From Podarcis muralis (lineage: Eukaryota), in assembly GCF_964188315.1 (NCBI RefSeq), contig NC_135659.1, positions 53,072,001-53,136,000 on the forward strand: a stretch of DNA of 64,000 nt, given 5' to 3'. Positions 13,101 through 25,200 of the stretch are shown one piece after another; positions within the stretch are counted from its first letter, which is position 1, and every line of letters begins with the position of its first letter. Made by a program: the position numbers and the translations under genes. The notes beneath the pieces are model-generated. The model made no database searches, was not told the origin of the DNA, and was given only the letters and a program-made list of their open reading frames with translations.

Positions 13101-16100
13101 CTGGGCACCCCGCCCCCACCTGCTCTCCGCCCCCCCATTGCTGGAGTATGAAGCTCTGCCACTGGCTACAGCACTGGGTTCACTGAGCTTCACTTTCTTC
13201 TGCATTGTTTGCTGCACTTTGATCAGCTCCATAAGTGTCTGCACATGAGCTCACCGCAGAATCACAGATCTCCTTGATGCTATGATCAGATCCGACAGCA
13301 AATATGACTTTTGCATCGGGTGATATTGCCACTCCATTGTAGCTGCAGGACTTGAGCACACACTCGGATTCTCTCTTGCCATTCTGGAGGTTCCATTCAT
13401 ATACAGCCCCATCTGTGCCACAGGAGACCAGTTTATAGTCATCCATGCTCCACGCCACTGCGCGTACCTGGAGGGGCGAGTGAGAATATATATAGAATGC
13501 TCAGGCAATCCTTACTTAGGCACAAGAGACAGGTTGCTGCTTGGTACTCTGCCTGTTTACCTGGTGTCATTGCATCAAACCTTTTACATAAGAAACTCAC
13601 AGAACACAGCCCCTTTTCACCCTGTGTCCTTTGTGCTCACAGTTTACCTGTAAGCAGTTAAGATAAAGATTCCCATTATAATCCAGCAGGTCAGGCTAAG
13701 AGGGTCAGGAATTATGTTCATGAACTGAATTCAGAGTTATAACAGCTCACACATTTGGTCTCCAAACACATCATAGCTAATAGCCAGTGGCAAGGAAAGG
13801 CCTGCAGATTACCATCTGTCCTTGTTGCTCCTCTGGTTTTGTCCTCCCCTGCTCAAAGTTCTATGCCTTTTTTGACAGATCAATAAAAAGTGAATAACAA
13901 AAAACATGCTCTGTAGTTTTTGAACCCACACATATTTCTAATAACTCAGTTAAAAAGGTATTTGCTTCATTTTCACATTCACCTTGCTCTTGTGTATATT
14001 GTAGTAACTTAAAATTGTTTATAAATACTGGAGTCAATTATAAAATTATTTATGAAACTCTCCCAAATTATAATAAATTATCTGCCTAGTTGCCTGGAGG
14101 CAATTCTCATCACATAAGAGTGGCTGTTTACAAACTTGCTTTATTCTGTTTAACCTTTTCCCTTATCTCTAATAAGTCTTATCTCATTCCATCCCAGATA
14201 GTCCCCTTGCTTTCCTTAGCAAAGCTTCAGCTTCTTTCACTATAAATTGGACTCACAAGCACAAAATGGTGAGATAAGAGGGCACTGAACTGCTGTAGGT
14301 AATCATGGGTGGAACTTATGGAGCTATCTCAAAACATTTCATAAGCTTGGAATTTACCTATTTGTGATCACTAGGGCATCAAAGCAGGGCTGATGACAGT
14401 TCAAGAGGAATCCACTTGCTCCTTAAAATTCATTGGATCAAAGTTCTTAAATTCAAGTCTTTTTTGCACAGATATTTGGGAGGCCAATTACGGCAAGGGA
14501 TGTTGGAGGGAATGTCGTCTCCACAGTCATCTAACAGGTTGTTGGCAATTCAGTAAACAAACATTAAATAATATATCTGTTTTCTTGATAAACCGAGCCC
14601 AGACAAACAAAAAGCACTTTTAAGCCCTACTAATTTTAGCAAGAGAAATTTAAGCACATTCCTATTAAAATCAGTAATAAGTCCCACTGAGTTCAATTGG
14701 ACTTACTCTACATGTGTATAGGATTACAAAGCACTGTAAAAATGCTGGCTCTCTTTTAACCTAAGCTATTGCACGTAACAGAGGAGAAAGCTGATTCCAT
14801 TATATCTGCACTGCCAGAGAAGGAGCACCTTGGAGTATTTTTAATCCTTCACTCCTATTCTTTAGTTTCTAGTGCCTTTGTAATAAAAAAAGGAATTCAA
14901 TCATAGGCAGAGCCTCTAAACCAGCTTCTTGAGAAATCCTGTTCTTTTGGCTTCTCAAATATATTCAGTTTAATGTACTATTCTACCTGTATTGTAGGCA
15001 TCGCTTACTGACCTTCCCATTGTGCCCTTTCAAGTTAATGATGTTTTCAAAACTTGTGGCAGAATAAATGTGAATCACATTTCCATTTACTGCTGCAAAC
15101 AGATGACCTCCTGTACTGAAGGCACACTGTAGAGAGAAGCAGGAGACAGCATGAAGCAACGAGACTTCACATAGGTAACCTCTTTGTACGTACCAGATAT
15201 CCATAATTCGGAGCCCATGCAGAAAACAGCCTCTAATCATCCTTCATCACAACCAGATGCATCTGTTGTCAGAGAGTGGTATTCTGCTATTTTGTGCCCC
15301 TCCTTTGGCTCCAAATTTTGTCTGGGAAAGTGAGCTATTAAGGACCTACCAAACTAGGACAAAGTTACTTGAGGGTCCCACTGAACTCTATTGAAATGGA
15401 AAAGAGAGTGTCCGCACACTATACAGTGGACGTATACCTTCGGGTAACGTAACTTTTGGGTTGCAAACCTGGAAGTGTACACTTCCACGTTTCACCACGT
15501 GTGCATGCACAGAAGTGCTCTGCACACCGTGCGTGTGCAGAAGCGCTTAATCGCGCCACATGTGCAGAAGGGCACCTCTGGTTACAAAAATTTCAGGATA
15601 CGGCCAGGTCTCCAGAACGGATCCCATTCGTAACCGGAGGTACCACTGTATACTGGCATGAGACCTTCTGAAATGCTTAACTGTTGAATCTTCCTTCAAA
15701 TCCTAGCCTAATTGATTAGCAACAGGGAACCCTGAGACTTCAGGTACAAGAAGTATCCTAAACTCTACCTAACTCGAAGACTCTCCTTATTCCATAGGAA
15801 GAAGGCAACAGTCTTTTTGTATGTACCTGGAAATCACCCTTCTGGGATCACACCCTACTCTGTATTCCAGCAGAATGTGGGGAAATTCCTCTAGCATATT
15901 TGAGCAAAATCTCCCCCAGAAATTGTGTTCTGGTATGGGTTATTTCCTGAACACAGAAAAATAGTCTGTAGGTGGGCAGGGAGAGACCTGTTCCAAGCAA
16001 ACGTGGTAACACAACTTACTAGTCATAAAGTGCCTGTGCCACCTCCCAATCTGGTGTTCCCCATTCAAGCTCCTCCACCAGTTCCTTCCCCTGCACTGCT

Positions 16101-19100
16101 CACCTCTCTGCACCCTCGTACAGTGAAGTCCTTGAAAGTTCGGATGTCGTCAATAAGCAGATTCATAAGTCGGAGTTTGTCAGCAAAACCAACCAACACA
16201 TACAGTCCACTAGGGTGAAGGGAAAGTGCATATGCCTCTTCTTGGTATTCCTTGTACAGGTCCAGTGTGCTGCAGCAAGAGCAACCATGGCAATCAAAGC
16301 ACAGACCACGCTTCTGTGCAGCTAAGTTGTACCTAGTGCTATTTTTGGTCACAGTTCCCCCAAGAAGGTCAAATGCTGGGGAACAGTGAACAAAGGGGAA
16401 CAAAGACAACTTGACAGCGTCATAGATATACCAGTCCCTTTCAATGCATACATCAGGGCAGCAAAAATAATTTTTCACATGACAGGCAGTTCATACTGTC
16501 AGGCAACCAAATTAATTCAGCATCACATGAGAATCAATTTGTATAACCAGAACTAACAATAAAACTGTCATTTTTAAAACCTAAAGTTGATAAAAGAAAT
16601 AGGCTTTCTAATTTTGATTGCTCCAGATTTTTAATGGAATTTTTCTGGATTTAGAACTAGGGTTATATTTCTGTTACATACACAGGAGTCCCATGAAGAA
16701 GTACAATTATGTAACTGAACCTTGCCTATCAACTGATTTCTAGAGCAAGCACCATCTCTTAATATTATTTTGTTCTCTGAGTAAATATAAGCAGGTTCTA
16801 TTTATCAGAATAGGACTGACACTTGTCCTGATGATTGCCTGGGGCTCTGTAGTGAATTGCTACTCACTCATGGTCTGAGTACAATTCATAGTCAGTACAA
16901 ATCAAAAGGCTGTGCAACAGATCATGTCCCCTTACTTGTTTTCATAATTCCAGATGCGGACAGATTTGTCCAGTGAACAGGTAGCAACGAGGGGCTTGCG
17001 AATGCAGGTATCCAAGCCAGTAATGGAAGCAGAATGTATTGGGTGGTTCAGGTATTCAAAGTGAGCTGTCTCCCCCTAGTGAAATATCACAAACATGTTA
17101 GCTAGAGCTGCTCATGTGATGGTGTAACACCAGGCAACACTGAACTTCTCTCCATAGCAAAAAGGAGGCATTTGATATGTACTAAATTTATCAAAGCACT
17201 GGAAAGTCTAGTGACAAATAGAGTATTTGTAGAGAAGTACACCAGTGACTATAGAAAAGTACTCTGAAGAGGTCCAAACAGAAACAGCCACTACTGGAAA
17301 TTTGACTGGAGAACAGACCTTACAAATCTTGGGGAGATTTTCTGCAAGAGGTATTTAAGATAGCTGAAATGTGTCCTTGCTGTCTCACAGGAGAACATGA
17401 CATTTTGAATTGTTTTGATGACGATTACACCAACATGTCTATGCACCAGGGCAAAGGAGGTTGCAACAGGAAAGGCTGCCACTCTCTATATCCATAAATT
17501 GATACTGGCTATGGTCTGGATGGAAATACCAATGAAAGGCCTAAGTGCCGTGAGTTGTGTGGTCATGATATTGCTGCATGGTTATTGGTGCTTTCAATGT
17601 GAAGTTGCTATAGGAGTTATTCAGTGGTGATATCATGACTGGTGAAGAACTGTGCAATTGAGAGTATTCTTTATGTTGCTGGTTCTCCTTTCAACACTTT
17701 TTTTTAGGGTTGCTGAGTAATTGATTTGATGCAATCATATTACCAGACTGTCTTGGTTTCTTGTTTTTGTTCTGTTCTTTGCAGCACAAGAATATAAAAT
17801 TACTTTGAACACCACATTTGCAAGTCGTTGCTCAGAACACAGTGCTCTTAATGAACTCACCTTGCTAATCTCAGCTGCTGATATGGAGAGGAGATAGAGC
17901 TGATTCTTAGTTGTGCTGATCAGAAGTGTTTCCTCTGCAGGACTGAAGGCAATACAAACAACATCCTGTTTGTCCGACTGGTTTGGATCATTGCTGCACT
18001 GGTCTTGTGGAATCTATGAAATAAAGCATCTTAGTTAACTACTTTCCTAGATACATACTTTCTAGTCCAGTTTTGCAGCTGTGTAATAGATAATGTTCCA
18101 TAAACAATGGCAGCAAGATTACCTTAATAAAGATTTTCACCTTTAAAAGCACAGACCCAAAATGGCACATGGACCAAAAATGGGCAATTCCAGGGCAGAG
18201 AGGGCTTAGTCCATAACCTAAATTCCATCAAACCCCAATCCTGACCCCTATGCTCACAATGTTATGCTGGTAAAATAGGGAATATAAAAGAAAATTTTGA
18301 ACTGAACATAATATCCACCCCTACCTTACATTGTCAAACGTTCTTCAGCCCTTGTGTTTTGAGGGATCATAGAATCTTAGAGTTGGAGGAGACCAAAGGG
18401 TCATCAAGTCCAACCCCCTGCAATGCAAGAATCTCTGCTAAAGCATCCATGACAGATGACCATCCAACCTCTGCTTAAAAACGCCCAAGGAAGGAGACCT
18501 CTTGTGGGGGTCTGTTCCACTGCTGAACAGCTCTCACCATCAGCCTGGGCAGTGGAGCAGAAGAAATAGAAGCATCATAGTACCACACACAAGGGAGGGA
18601 TAAGTACAGTGATGGTTCATGGAGGTGGGGCAGCGATGTCCTCCCAGCAGCAGCAGGATGAAGTGGTGGTGGTGAGGTTGGGGAAGCATTGGGTTGGTGC
18701 CATTGGCCCTGCAGATAGGTGTACACCTACAAGGGTACTTCCACCATGGAGCTCTCCCAACCTCACTGCTGCCACCTAGCCTCATCCTGATGATCTCATC
18801 ACTGCAGCTGCTGCAAGGATGTCCCCACCCCATGATTCATAAGAGCTAATGAAGATTACAGTCAGCACAATCTCTTATTCAAGGCTCTTTCTTAGCTCGT
18901 CAGAACCCTCTGTAGGGTGGAGGGGGCTGGAGCTGGGGATGGAGAATGGGCTTTTTAGCTGGAACCATGTACTCCATTTTTGCTACTATGACTCAGCAAC
19001 ATTCTCTTCCATCTATGAGTGAAGGGTGGGGGCAGGCTCCTTGCAGCTCACAAGCTCACTACTGATACAATGATAATTCAGATGGTATAGGGTGGGCAAA

Positions 19101-22100
19101 CAAGGTCTGCTGCGGCAATAACCTGCAGGACTGGCAATCAATTAAACAAGCAGAGCAGGGAACAAGTATAGCAAGGTGGGATGACAGTGGCTGCAAGATG
19201 CAAACAGCAACTTGGGTGTGTGAGATCAGCAGACTGGAATGTGAGTGCTTCCCCTGATTGGCTTTGGCACCTGTAGGTGTGTGAGGACTTTCTCCAGCAG
19301 TCCTCACAATATCATATCCAAAGCCTGAACCTGAGACCTCCTGTATGCAAGACTTGTGATGCACCACAGGGTAGGGTTTGTCATTTAGCCACCTTGGATC
19401 TCATTGATATGGCTGGGTCTGTTGGTTGGGGATCAGCAAATGCCTCATCATGTGTTTGTCTCCTACCTGCGGCTGGGGTTGAGTGGTGTCTGGCGCAGTG
19501 TGGGTTCTAGTTCTGCTGAATCTCCTCCTTTTGCCTCCAACATTTCTATTGTTGGTGAGCTATGCGATAAATCAAGCATTCCATGTCTCAGACATCTTAC
19601 CTACCCGTATCTCTCGGCTTTCTCTGTAACCTTCCTTCTCATCTGACTTTTCAAACAGTAGAACAATCCCGGGACCAGCTGAACAAGCAAATCCCTTGGA
19701 ATATGCAGCAATAGCAGAGACCCGAGGTAGAACTGCTTGCTGCTGTGCTTCAGTTTCACAAACCACCTCAGTGGAAATCTCAGGGGAATTGTGAGCAGGA
19801 AACTCAATAAGGCTTTAAAAAGAAATTCATCAATCAATCAATCAGCAGCAAACAGAGAAGTCTAACAAGTTCCAAATGTCAGTTGCATGAGGCGTAAAAA
19901 AATGATTGTTGTTCATTTTAAACTTGTTTTTTTCATTTCAGAGACGCCACATAGTCCTAGTATCAACATAAAGTTTCCCCTATTTGAAATTTTGTACACA
20001 TATATTAGGACATAAGTCTCATTGAACTTGGTATAACATTTCGAAGTCAACGTACTGAAGGGTTTAGGGAAGATACTAAAGCTGTGCACACACTCACATT
20101 TACTCTGCATTCAGTGCACTCTCACTACTGGTTTCTGAAGCCATGTACATGCAATGTTAACCACAATCCACATCTGTCCTGTAGTTGTTTGTGAAATACT
20201 GTGTTTTCATGTTTCTTGCCTCAATCCAGTGTCAATCTGGATTGAATGCACCCATGAATGCACCATGCCCCCGTGACTTGGAAACATATCCAACAGTACT
20301 GAGGTGTACAAGGGCATGCCTATGCAATTTAACATGCAGCAGAGGGGCAATGACCTTGCTGCATTTTAAGCCAGTAATGTATACAAAGCCTAACACTCCA
20401 ATCCTAAGCATCCTTCTTGAATTTAATTAGCACTTTACACAAGCTTTTAAACGATATCTTATAAATTTCATTTATTTATCCTCCAACAAGTGTGACAGAT
20501 CATGATTAGTCCCATTTGACAGTGAGACAAAACACTTCCCCTATGACAGTGGGACAAACGGTACAATCCTGCGCATGTCTATGCAGAAGTTAAGTCTCAC
20601 TGAGTTCAATGGGACTCACATTCTGGAAAGTGTGTATAAAATGGGTGGACAACCTTTTCAAGCCTGAGGGCTGCCTCAGAGGCAATAACTTTTCTCAGAG
20701 AGGCAATACAGTCATGACCATGATACCATTTGTAGATCATAGTAAATCACATTATCTGCTGGAGCACACTGACCACTCCAGTGTCAATAGTTTGAAGGCA
20801 GTCTCACCTCTCTGAATCCTGTTGTGGTTCCTCCTTATCTACTTCAGAGACTGTCTCTTTGCGCTCAATACTTGTCTCCCAGCGAAGATCACCGGAGTCA
20901 AATAGGTAGATCTTGCCTGTGTCAGTGCCCACAACCACCTTCTCTTCAGAAAGCCAGGCATGAGACAGGTAGTTTTGAGGTTCACCTCGCAAGAAGTTGG
21001 TCTGTTTTAAGGTTCCTTCTGTGTATCTAAATAGCTTAAAAATGCCATATCCTGTAACACAGACTTGGGTGTTATCCTGTGGATTGAAGCTCACCTGGAA
21101 AGGAAAACAACATAAAATAAATGATTACTTGATGAGCAACATGAACAATTGATTAAAAAAATTAAGAGCAAAGGTCACCAGAGTGTTACAATATAAAATG
21201 TGTAAAAATAAAAGAAACAAACAGGAACAAAAATAATAAATATTTAAACATAATACTTCAGAAAAAAGGCCTCCATGATAAAACAAGGAGTAGAGTAGGG
21301 AATTTGTCCTGTCCTTCGTTGTAACTGCACAGTTCTGCCTAAGCAACCTAAATAAGAAACCTGACTCTAGCTAGGAGCCACGTTTAGGACACACAGTTTG
21401 TGAAATAAATAAGGATGTTACACTGCAGTACAATTCTCAACCACTTGTTGAGACAAGAGAAATTGTTGTAAAATTGAGGAGTGTTGAGTTGTTAAGGAGT
21501 TAAGAAATAGAGATTGCAGCTGTAAACAATAAGTTAAGGGAATAAGAATTTAATGAAAGTGAATTAAATAATTAGTTGAAGGGTTGCTGAAGAAAGGTAA
21601 AACAAGGATGCAGAAAAGGGGAGGTATGGGGAAGTCCGAGAAGTAAGGTGCATGAAAATAAGATTATGAAATTATACATGTTTAGATGTTTGTATGTTTT
21701 GTTTTGTCTACTGTATGTTCTTATTACGTGTTTGGAAAATTAATAAAAATTTATTAAAAAAAAAAGAATGTGAACAGAAGATCTGAGATTTCACACTAAG
21801 TCTATCTCCATATGGCAACTTTTCTCACTGAGGTCTCCAATGGTGGAGGCAGAGCCTTTCTCTTTGAGGCAATGACAAGTGGTGATAATTACCTCATGTA
21901 CCCAAGTACTATACTGATGCATGTGGTGCTTCTCTTCTATGTTACCTGATAAAGAGGATTGTTCTGGACATCAACCTTGATAATTGCCATTGTTCTTTGC
22001 TTTTCCCACATCCAGTAGGCAAGGTTTGATTCTGGAGGTCCTGTCTGTGCCACTAGATATTTAGAATCAGGGGAAAAAGCTACACTAATAAATTCTTGGA

Positions 22101-24267
22101 CCGCAAAATCAAAGCTGTTCAAGATCTTCCGCTTCTTGCATGGGACAGATGACAGTTCATAGATTGTGATGGTAGGTTTATCCTGCAGTATCTCTGAAAT
22201 AGCCAGATAGCGTCGATTTGGACTAATTGCCAGTGCTAGCATCCCCTGGCTCTTTTCTGAGCCTATAAAGCACAAAGAAAAAGCTTATGTGAGCTTCATG
22301 TAGGAACATTACATTTTCAGGAGCCAAGTCCAATATCACGGTTGCCCATGTGGGCTTCAACTTTTTTTCAAAGACTTCAGGAAATAACTACATATTACTG
22401 AGATGATTATAGAGATGATAATCCAGGAAACTGAAATCCCAATAATTTCCTTGTTGTAGAGACACTGGCTCAGTTCACACATAACATTAAGCCAAATTAT
22501 GTATTAGCATAGCTGAATCTATGTATTAGCATGAATGTGTCATCATGCAGGTTCTCAGAGAGGGGATTGCAGTCACTTTTCTCCTTTACTAAAACAAGCC
22601 AAGCTTCAAACATTGGTTTACAAACTTGGCTTGTTGCAATAAACAATAATTAAATGTTAGGTAACTGGTAACATGGGGACGCGGGTGGCGCTGTGGGTAA
22701 AAGCCTCAGCGCCTAGGACTTGCCGATCGAAAGGTTGGCGGTTCGAATCCCCGCAGCGGGGTGCGCTCCCGTTGCTCGGTCCCAGCGCCTGCCAACCTAG
22801 CAGTTCGAAAGCACCCCCGGATGCAAGTAGATAAATAGGGACCGCTTTCTAGCGGGAAGGTAAACGGCGTTTCCATGTGCGGCTCTGGCTCGCCAGAGCA
22901 GCGATGTCACGCTGGCCACGTGACCCGGAAGTGTCTCCGGACAGCGCTGGCCCCCGGCCTCTTGAGTGAGATGGGCGCACAACCCCAGAGTCTGTCAAGA
23001 CTGGCCCGTACGGGCAGGGGTACCTTTACCTTTACCTTTAACTGGTAACATAGGCTAGTGCTTCCAGTCTCCTCAACACAGCCACACTAGAGGAGAGAGA
23101 AGCATGCAAGAGCAAGGCCCATGGAATCATAGAATCATAGAGTTGTAAGGAACCTCAAGGGTCATCTAGTCCAACTCCCTGCAATGAAGGAATCACGTGA
23201 CAGGTGGCCATTCAACCATTCAGCCATGAAACCTCACTCAGGTTCATTCACATGATGCTAAACCATAGTTTCCTGAACATCTGTTTATTTATCACATTTT
23301 AATACCACTTAATATAATCATTTTCTAAGCAGTTTATACAAAAACATCCCAAGAATACTCAGATGAATTGTTCAGCAATGCTTGAACGTAACCATCTCTA
23401 AAATATACACCTAATGGGAAGTTGCATTTTAAAACAGCATAAGAAAGAAGCGAAAATGTTTATATTTCACCTAAAACTAGACAGAACATAACAATGGGCA
23501 GAAGCCACCTTGCAACCAAGTGTCAACGACATTGTTGTGAAAGCATATACAAACAAATACTGTAATTATTTTTTGGAAACCATGAAGCATGATGTTTCCT
23601 ACCAGCTTCAACCATGCTTTCCAACTTTAATGTGATATGTGGGTTCCGAGCATAGCTGTCAACCTTCCCTTTTTTGGGGGGGAAATTCCCTTATTCCAGC
23701 GCCATTTCCCGCTGCTTCCCGCTGCTATCCCAGGTTGTTAGATAACCTGTAGACTGTCCCCGGGACAGGTGAGGCTGAGGATCCCTTATTTTTGAGGGTG
23801 CTGATCCCTTATTTTCAAATCCAAATGTTGACAGCTATGGTTCCGAGCCTGAATCTCTAACACTGCAACTATTTAAACCCAGGTGGCTACTTTATTAGTA
23901 ATAAATAGCACAAGTATCATGTCTAAAATCTGAAAGGGAAGGGTCAGCAGCTAGGAATGCAGACGAGGCCTTGCCTATTTAGAAGACTGATATTTTAGGT
24001 GGGTGGCTGCACCTTCCCACTTCCTTTCCTAAATTTCAGCCTTGGCAGTGAGGGGACATGGGAGAGCAGGGTGTGGGGTGGGGAGGAGAAAGAGGAGGAA
24101 GCTGATTTACCTGGGATGAACTTCTGCCATTTCTGCTCAATGTGATATTTCACACAGCTATTCCCCGCAGGGTACACTATGATCTGTTCATCGAAGAAGC
24201 AAATATTATTTGCCACCCGAGACTGGAAGCCAAAGATGTGGAGGGCTTGCGCCACAATCACCGACAT
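4156..24267 (-). CDS. CFAP57: Cilia- and flagella-associated protein 57 (WDR65), 22 coding exons, ~1248 aa
   Basis: Coding exons (minus strand, 5'->3'): 24267-24111, 22262-21946, 21094-20808, 19812-19605, 18013-17861, 17075-16936, 16269-16104, 15126-15013, 13467-13255, 12686-12513, 11667-11506, 10817-10662, 10537-10444, 9632-9442, 8345-8172, 7428-7270, 7028-6885, 6771-6655, 6077-5943, 5866-5723, 5242-5110, 4364-4156. All introns are GT-AG with compatible phases; total 3747 nt ending in TGA. The peptide [30 protein letters not shown]... has WD40 repeats then a long coiled coil ([25 protein letters not shown]; [36 protein letters not shown]) and matches recalled human CFAP57. AATAAA (minus) at 4021-4026. 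Confidence 0.97.
15424..15648. mobile_element. Tigger-like MITE in CFAP57 intron 7
   Basis: TA|CAGTGG...GAGGTACCACTG|TA; internal AACCTGGAAGT and GCATGCACAGAAGTG shared with 51188-51425. Confidence 0.7.
17094..17157 (+). repeat. 64-bp dispersed duplicate, copy 1 (CFAP57 intron 5)
   Basis: 63/64 identical to 25402-25465. Confidence 0.9.
18366..18545 (-). mobile_element. CR1 LINE 3' fragment
   Basis: ATCATAGAATCTTAGAGTTGG...GGGTCATCAAGTCCAACCCCCTGCAATGCAAG, the reverse complement of the CR1 (ATTCTATG)n tail. Confidence 0.7.
22675..23038 (+). mobile_element. Sauria/Squam1-type SINE, full length, in CFAP57 intron 1
   Basis: Same head and body as 860-1211, with a (CCTTTA)n tail. 13-bp TSD TAACTGGTAACAT at 22662-22674 and 23039-23051. 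Confidence 0.9.
23124..23195 (-). mobile_element. CR1 LINE 3' fragment
   Basis: GAATCATAGAATCATAGAGTTGTAAGGAACCTCAAGGGTCATCTAGTCCAACTCCCTGCAATG; same family as 18366-18545. Confidence 0.7.
23651..23839. mobile_element. hAT-type MITE in CFAP57 intron 1
   Basis: Perfect 13-bp TIR CATAGCTGTCAAC...GTTGACAGCTATG. Perfect 8-bp TSD GTTCCGAG at 23643-23650 and 23840-23847. Confidence 0.85.
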
Positions 24268-25200
24268 GGCGCCTGAGATTCAGCAAACTTTGCTGGAAAA
24301 GGAGAAAGAAACGTCAGGAAGATTTCCCAGGTGGGGTTGTCGTGCTCCTTCCCCAACAGGCGCCCAGGGATGGGGCCCCGACCCGCCAAGTCGTTTGCTT
24401 GCTCGTCCCGGGTCTTGCTCTTCCCTAACCACCCAGACCTCTCTCCCCTCTGGGGTCCTGCTCGCTCAACTGTCTCTCTGCTTCTCTCTCTCTCTGGCCT
24501 TAAGGTAAAAAGAGCAGAAGAAAAAAAGGAAGTCGAGGCTGGTTGCTATGGAGACGGCGTCCTGGTCGCATGGCGAGCGGGCGGGGGAGGTGGGGAACTC
24601 TAACCGGAAGAGGAAATACACGGAAACCGGAAGTAGCTTTGTGCCGTTCCGCGTGGTTTCTGAACCAGCGTCTGGCCGGAGTCGTGGAAGGGGCCTCCAG
24701 ACGAGGACTCGTGGTAAGACCAAGTCTATAGTAGTATGTACGGTTTACGTGGGAGTAATCCCTATTGAATACAGCGGGGGCTCCTTCCGAGCAGGATTAT
24801 AAAACGCGAGGCGGTTTCTAGGGAGGGAAGAAGCCCCAGGTTCGGCTTAATGCATCGTTAGGAATGTGTTGGGGGCGGCAGGTGGAAGTTCAACAGGTGA
24901 AGCATTCCTGGAATTTAAATGTATGCCGTTTCCCCGTCTTTTACCAGCCTGGTCGCGGGGAAGCGGGGGAAGCAATACCAATCTCTCCAGTGGAGAAATT
25001 GAAGGTGGAGCGTGCTTTCTCTGCCCCCCCCCCGTTCTTCGTGTAGCTCGGTGGTTTCGAGGCACCCCAAAGCACAGTGTGCAATGCCTCACGTAGAGAT
25101 GGAGGAAGGCTTCTCGTCATCGGATTCGGAAGAGTCTCTTGTCACTGACCGAGAGGTAAGTTTAGTGCTGTGATCATGCTGCGCTGGAGTGTGGGCAGGA
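24150..25200. promoter_or_regulatory. CpG-island bidirectional promoter, CFAP57/EBNA1BP2
   Basis: CpG-rich interval between divergent ATGs at 24267 and 25099. RFX X-box-like GTTGCTATGGAGAC at 24542-24555; ETS/GABP-like CCGGAAG at 24604-24610 and CCGGAAGT at 24627-24634. Boundaries approximate. Confidence 0.75.

Noticed and set aside
21380-21766. AT-rich tract ending in AATAAA and poly(A), possibly a retrocopy or L1/Tx1 3' end
   Set aside because: No ORF, TSD or recognisable parent sequence was found; too weak to call.
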